From Paraspadella gotoi (Eukaryota; Animalia; Chaetognatha), in assembly GCA_051294375.1 (NCBI GenBank), contig CM119264.1:5304605-5320720 (forward strand): a stretch of 16,116 nt of DNA, read 5' to 3'. Shown here in pieces: positions 11,020 through 16,116 of this stretch. Under the pieces are notes generated by a model that saw only the letters and a program-made list of their open reading frames with translations, ran no database searches and was not told the origin of the DNA. The first letter of the stretch is position 1; every line of letters starts with the position of its first letter. Made by a program: the position numbers and the translations under genes.

Positions 11020-12080
11020 ACGCCATTATTATGGGGGTCTGAAACATTCAATGGAATTAGCCTTACACCAGAGAGCGTAAAGCTATGCGATTATAAGATG
11101 TATGAGCTCAGAACAGTCCAATAAGTGTCGTGAATAAATGAAAGAAATGCTAAGAAACAGACATATTGCAGAAATAGTCTCAGTGCAGGAAAAAGTAACG
11201 TTTCGAGGTAATTCGCACTCAGTTCGCTCGCGATACCGTTGTCGTCCGTTCGGCGTCCCTCATCGCCGTCGTCACGTCGCGCCAGAATTTATCTACTAGA
11301 GTATAATCTAAATGCGTTAACAGCAACAAATTCATTATCGCCAGGCAAATTGTTATCTTTTAATACGAGTTTCGTTCGATATGTCCGTGCTTTTGTTGTG
11401 TGGACTCGTATCAGCTAGCGAAAGAGGTCGTTTGTTAGTTTCATTCTTTAACCGACGATTATAGAGGTTGAAGCTGATACCCGATCAAATTGGAATGTGA
11501 GTATGACATGATTCGATGACATAAATGACTCTTACGCGTATTTTCAAAGCAGTTAGAAATTTACCAGCTGAGATTTTATGTATATCAAATGATCAATAAG
11601 ACGAATAAACTTGAAAAATCTCAAACAACGCGTAAGATTATTCTTAAGAATAGGCAAAATGAGTGTTGAGTACAATATTTAATTTACGACTACTAGTGGA
11701 GAGAGCTAGTTGTTATACAGAAAAAAATGTCAATAGAATTAGAATTATAGTTGAATTTATTTTAAATTTACACATATGATCATATAATTGTAATATATAC
11801 TCCCAGCGAGAGCAAAAGTACTAAACGACGACGAGACCAGTATTATGTAGACGAAGACAGACACTGATCAACGAAGACGTAACGATCGACGACGACGAAA
11901 AGACAACAGAAGTAGCATGATAACACTGGATAAGGAAATGGAGATAGAAAAACCGTTTACTGGTGAGTTTCCCTTTGCTTTGCGCGATGTATAACGATCT
12001 TAAATATAAAATATTAAAAGATTACTGTACTTAGAAAAATCTCGTTCTATTTCGTATCCTAGACTCTTTCTTACTTATTA
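11020..12080 (+). repeat. Noisy direct copy of ~4350-5030
   Basis: TCGATATGTCCGTG 4542-4555 = 11376-11389; AACGACGACGAGAC 4813-4826 = 11824-11837; 4917-4967 matches 11941-11990 with a single 1-nt indel. Confidence 0.9.
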
Positions 12081-13549
12081 TTATTCCTATGGCGCTTTGG
12101 CAATATGTTGGTGCCTGCATCGGGGCTGCTTTCATGTCTGGCGAATGCAAATCGCTGTCGAAGGCAACTAGTATTTAGTTAGAAAGGAAAAAACTTCATT
12201 TATCTTCTGGTCTTCCGATACCTTTTTCCCTTTTTTTTCTGTTTCGCTCTGACACGAACGCAAACTTAATTTCGACTGTTCCCGTTTTGCTTTCTCCTAG
12301 AATATTCTCCTTATCCTTCTCTATTCGAATCAAAAACCACTTTTATTGATTCTTGGGTAAAGTTTTAATTATGATTTAAATCGACTTTCGACCGTGAGCG
12401 GAAAAGTAAAAAGATAAGTTTTCTTATGAAAGCACTACTGCGGTTGAAAATAATACTCTTGCAAACCTAAGTATTTATTTAGCCATAAAATAATTTTATA
12501 ATTCTATGTGTCAATCGGCTGAAATCGTGTCTCTATTTAAAGATCAATACAAAAAAATTTGCGTCGATATGTTTAAAATTGGTCCTACTCGCATCCCGCG
12601 TCATGTATCACTTTCCCTCGTCTCAATCGCCTATGAAAGCCTCTTCTTTGTCGTAATACTACAGTAGTAGTTGAATATCGACTATAAAACGCAGCTGCAA
12701 CGTGCAAGGAAACTCCCGCAATCAGAATCATGTGATTAAAACTTGCAAAAACGTTAAATATGATAGAAAAAAGCGATTTATACTGTATTCTTCACGTATC
12801 GTTTTACCGTTCTCCCCCCCTCTCCTCTTCTCTCTCGAACGAATTCCACAATTTTCACATTTGTGAGCCTGTCCGTCGACCCTCCTGGAAATCGTCGGGG
12901 TATAACGCAGAACTCCCCGCCCCAACCCTCCGATCCTCCAGCCCCCCTCTTTCCTCCCTCTCTTCCTTCCACTTCTGCTTCTAAAATAATATAAAAATAA
13001 CAAAGCGGAAGCGTTATATTCGATAAACGAGGTCTCTCGACGGCGAAAGAGCAGAAGGCGAAAACCTTCGCGCCGCCCCCTTCTTGCTTCCTGCCCCGTC
13101 TTTGAACGATGAGAGAGGTGGGGGCAGGTGAAAATTGAAGGAGGGAGTGCAGCAGGTGATAGGCGGGTAAGTTATGAATTGTCTCTTGAGCGCTTGATTT
13201 GCCTTCTCGACGAGAGAAATTAATCAACCGGGAAGTAGATAAAAAAAAAGTTATGTTAGAAAGAGAGAGGAAGGCAAAGTTTATTAAGTGAGCAGAGAGA
13301 CGACGATTTGCATGATTCGTATATGAGAGATGCATTGACGCCTTGATTTGTTATATCTTACTGAGAGGGTTTTTCGTGGATCGACACTGGAGATTTTTCG
13401 ATTGTTCTACTGTCTTCGCAGTAGTTACGTATTCGAGAGAGAGACGTAGTAGAGACTGTCGTCCTAGGCTGAATCCTATATGATGGTCTGTTTTTCGTAC
13501 TCATCATTTTCATATTACCTTTGATCCGTTTTCTTTCCATTTCGACGTC

Positions 13550-14005
13550 CTCTCTCCGGTCCTGAGCAAATTCGCACGCAGAGGGTCTATTTGCGTGCGA
13601 CCGGCGTCGTTGTTGCGTGCACACCGTACGCTTCTTTTTGTGGCCGAGCGGTCGCTGCGTTTTGGATGAGCGCCGAGAGGGATTTGCGACTTTTAGGCCG
13701 ACGCGTTTCCACCTGTGCTGTCGATCGTCGTCGTAGTCGTCGTCGTCATCGCCTCGTCGTTAATAACTCAAAGATCTTGTGCTATGAGAATTTCAGTCCC
13801 CCTAAACCTCAATGTCTACTTCTTCTGTCTTCGCCTCTCACGTTTGCTTCTTCTACCTTCTGCCCTTTTCGCTACCACCCCGTTGAAACAGAGAGACGTA
13901 TGATACTACTAGAAGGACAGCGGACCTTACCTAAAATAAACAAAGTCTATTAATATTTTTTATAAAGTATAAAATTAAAAAATACTATGAAGTAAGAGCG
14001 ACTCG
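13550..14005 (-). repeat. Noisy inverted copy of ~15740-16090 (left arm)
   Basis: Exact reverse-complement matches: 13590-13611/16021-16042 (22 nt), 13677-13698/15946-15967 (22 nt), 13924-13949/15778-15803 (26 nt). Confidence 0.95.
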
Positions 14006-14022
14006 ATAGGACAGCATGTGTT

Positions 14023-14027
14023 AGAGA

Positions 14028-14065
<38 letters not shown>

Positions 14066-14105
14066 NNNNNNNNNNNNNNNNNNNNNNNNNGAGAGAGAGA
14101 GAGAA
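14023..14105. repeat. (GA)n microsatellite interrupted by a 25-N gap (14066-14090)
   Basis: GA runs on both sides of 25 N. Confidence 0.95.
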
Positions 14106-14175
14106 AGCGAGTTGAAAAAAAAATCTCATCAAAATCTCTCTACGCAATAAAAATTCATAACGGGGGAGATACAAA

Positions 14176-14208
14176 GCACGTGAAGTACACGTGCAGTGCA
14201 CGTGAATT
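14176..14208. repeat. 11-bp tandem repeat x3, each unit containing CACGTG
   Basis: GCACGTGAAGT ACACGTGCAGT GCACGTGAATT; CACGTG starts at 14177, 14188 and 14199. Confidence 0.75.
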
Positions 14209-14420
14209 GCGTGCGCGGTGAAACGAGGACGGTGAAGGGCTCGCGCGGGTGAAAGTAGCACGCGGTAACGCGTGAATATAAAAAAAAAGGGCAAAAGCTT
14301 TTGAAGAACGAGATTTACAAGTTTGAGAAGCGTTTAGATGATGAAGCCGGAAGAAAAGAAAAGTACAGAAGTGAAGAGAATGAATCAGAGAAGAATAGAA
14401 AATAACAGAAGAGGATAAAT

Positions 14421-14480
14421 AAGAAAAGAAAAGAAAAGAAAAGAAAAGAAAAGAAANNNNNNNNNNNNNNNNNNNAAGAA
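14421..14480. repeat. (AAGAA)n microsatellite interrupted by a 19-N gap (14457-14475)
   Basis: Seven perfect AAGAA units, then N, then AAGAA. Confidence 0.95.
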
Positions 14481-14600
14481 GCGGGTCAATAATATAGCCG
14501 CCTTGAAAGCGTCGCGTCGCACACGCAACGACTTTGAGTTCGCACGTGCGCAACACGTTTCCTCCGCGAGCGCAAAAAAACAAGAGACGCTTATACCGGC

Positions 14601-14850
14601 CGTCGGGTGGCGTCGAGCGGCGTCAGGTGGCTTTGGGTGGCGTCGGACGACGCTGGATGTCGTCGGGTGGCGTCAGGCAGCGTTGGACAGAGTCGGGTGT
14701 GGTCAAAGAGATTCAGGACGCGTCGGCTTACGTCAACAGGCCAATTACTATGTCGCCTGGCTTCATCAAGCCAAATGCTATGTCGCCTGGCGTCGGTAAG
14801 CTGAGGACGACCTGAGCTCGCGTCGGCAAGCTGATGGCGTCGTCGGCCAT
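14601..14850. repeat. Degenerate 10-bp tandem array (consensus CGTCGGGTGG) grading into a 30-bp higher-order repeat
   Basis: CGTC-type unit starts at 14601, 14611, 14621, 14641, 14661, 14671, 14721, 14731, 14791, 14821 and 14841; CCAA-nn-CTATGTCGCCTGGC-type unit at 14741 and 14771. Confidence 0.85.
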
Positions 14851-14932
14851 CGGGCTGCGAGAGGCTTTAATTCAATTATTTATGTTTTGGTTCTGGCGAT
14901 CGATTTCGCCGACGGAATACAAATGCTTTAAG

Positions 14933-14956
14933 CCGACGACAACGACGACGACGACG
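14933..14956. repeat. (GAC)n microsatellite
   Basis: CGACGACAACGACGACGACGACG. Confidence 0.9.
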
Positions 14957-15158
14957 CTACCGACACCAACAATGTCGCTTTCTCCGCCTCCAGCACTCGT
15001 AACCTCACCCACGTCCCACGACCTTACCCTGACTTGTCCTTACCCGCGCCACTCAGGAGAGACCCCATCGCCCATCGTCATCTCACCAACGCGATTCGCC
15101 GAGAAACGCGTCTCCACTGCAAATAACGCGATAAGAATGGGAGAAGAATCTAAAGAGA

Positions 15159-15205
15159 GGAAGCGTGGGCGGAATCGTGGGCGGAAGCGTGGGCGGAATC
15201 GTGGG
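15159..15205. repeat. 12-bp tandem repeat x4 with alternating variants (24-bp higher order)
   Basis: GGAAGCGTGGGC GGAATCGTGGGC GGAAGCGTGGGC GGAATCGTGGG. Confidence 0.95.
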
Positions 15206-15320
15206 ATCTGTGGTTAAAAATAGCGAGAGGATGAGTATTGCCTACTCTGGGCTTTGTTGTAAAAAAAATATAGGCGGAGAAATGAGGATGTTCCATAAAA
15301 GCTGGAGGGAAAATTGTGGA

Positions 15321-15390
15321 GGCAGGTGTATTACAGGGTGGCAGGTGTATAACAGGGTGGCAGGCGTATTTAGTCGGGCATTGCATGAGT
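15321..15390 (+). repeat. 19-bp minisatellite (GGCAGGTGTATAACAGGGT, ~2.5 units) ending in GCATGAGT; left direct repeat
   Basis: Units start at 15321, 15340 and 15359; GCATGAGT at 15383-15390. Confidence 0.9.
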
Positions 15391-15421
15391 TCATCCCGCC
15401 TATAAGCATGACACTTTCAGT

Positions 15422-15644
15422 CGTAACCCGGTGGCTCATTGAATAAAGCCATCACTAGGTACCGGGTTCAATCCCATCCCGCTACCAACCCTGCGGGAAG
15501 CGTGATGACGGCCGTAAGCCGCCTTTGTGGGCGTGGAAAACCCTCAAGCCTGGTTCCAAGCCCAGGACCCGTTCTATGGCTGCTAGAGGGGGTTAAAGAA
15601 GTTACGGATAGTACTCTTCAGCCCCACTTAGCGCCTTATCCACA
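15422..15644 (+). mobile_element. Putative tRNA-derived SINE (Pol III head plus unique body)
   Basis: A-box-like TGGCTCATTGA at 15432-15442, B-box GGTTCAATCCC at 15465-15475, tRNA-like 3' end CCCGCTACCA at 15478-15487. Stems pair poorly and the anticodon arm is short, so it is not a functional tRNA. The 3' boundary is uncertain. Confidence 0.6.
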
Positions 15645-15700
15645 TGTATAACAGGGTGGCAGGTGTATAACAGCGTAGCAGGTGTGGCAGAGGCATGAGT
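15645..15700 (+). repeat. Second block of the 19-bp minisatellite ending in GCATGAGT; right direct repeat
   Basis: TGTATAACAGGGTGGCAGGTGTATAACAGCGTAGCAGGTGT followed by GCATGAGT at 15693-15700. Confidence 0.9.
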
Positions 15701-15739
15701 GAAAAGGTTGAATCAATACGATTCGGTTTAAAATGGCTT

Positions 15740-16090
15740 CGAGATAACGCTCTTACTTATAATTATAAACTTTAAATTAGACTTTGTTTATTTTAGGTAA
15801 GGTTAGGTGAGACAAGTTGATGTAGGAAAAGGCAGAAGGTAAGGTAAAGAAAGACATTGAGTTTAGGCTGAATTCTTTCACTTTTTTTTTACGGCGATGA
15901 CAACGACGACGACGACGACGACGACAGCAACGGTGGAAACGCGTCGCCTAAAAGTCGCAAATCCCTCGCGCGCTCTCCAAAACGACGCCGCTCGCGCCCG
16001 ACGACGTCGTGTGCACGCAAAACGACGCCGGTCGCACGCAAAATAACGCCGTCTGCGTGCGAATTGCCAGGCCGACGGCAGGAGAGTAGA
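15740..16090 (+). repeat. Clean right arm of the inverted pair, containing (GAC)n at ~15899-15925 and a thrice-repeated AAAA(CG/TA)ACGCCG motif
   Basis: Reverse-complement matches to 13550-14005; motif at 15979, 16019 and 16040. Confidence 0.9.
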
Positions 16091-16116
16091 TCCTTCGATC
16101 AAAAAAATCACTGGCC

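Larger units (their letters stand above)
10560..13050 (+). repeat. Noisy, patchy direct copy of ~1-2200
   Basis: ACAACGGGCGTGGG 117-130 = 10738-10751; TTCTCGTT 194-201 = 10920-10927; AAGCTGTACCGATCAAA 1185-1201 ~ 11471-11489; TATAATTCTA 1659-1668 = 12497-12506; 1804-1822 ~ 12753-12771 (16/19). Confidence 0.7.

Noticed and set aside
7491-13953. ORFs of 62-185 aa in the central and right-hand region
   Set aside because: They lie in noisy duplicated or interleaved sequence, are not preserved in the clean source copies and show no recognisable motif.
15422-15487. Functional tRNA gene
   Set aside because: The T stem has only two good pairs, the acceptor stem is interrupted and the anticodon/variable region is too short.
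14503-15651. Overlapping ORFs across the GC-rich module
   Set aside because: Open frames are explained by stop-poor tandem repeats and the SINE-like body; no protein family is recognisable.
14601-15700. CRISPR array
   Set aside because: The repeats are head-to-tail or only two-copy, with no unique regular spacers, no cas genes and a eukaryotic context.

Overview
This is AT-rich eukaryotic (probably animal) draft-assembly sequence with abundant CpG, (GA)n/(GAC)n/(AAAAG)n microsatellites and three N gaps (25, 25 and 19 N). I recognise no intact gene; most listed ORFs come from microsatellites or noisy sequence. The dominant structure is internal self-similarity. Clean blocks (1-2100, 4323-5050, 5960-7410, 14476-16116) reappear as insertion-riddled copies: ~7410-9950 is a fold-back of ~5970-7410, ~10560-13050 is a direct copy of ~1-2200, ~11020-12080 is a direct copy of ~4350-5030, and ~13550-14005 is an inverted copy of ~15740-16090. 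In two places, copies of two unrelated source blocks are interleaved with each other. This points to a faulty long-read gap-fill consensus rather than biology. The plausible biology lies in the clean blocks: decayed divergent coding-like frames at 250-2097, and a repeat-rich module at 14476-15700 with a phased 10-bp array, a 12/24-bp array and a tRNA-derived SINE-like unit bracketed by direct repeats. All alignments were made by eye, so boundaries are approximate. I find no convincing new biological system.
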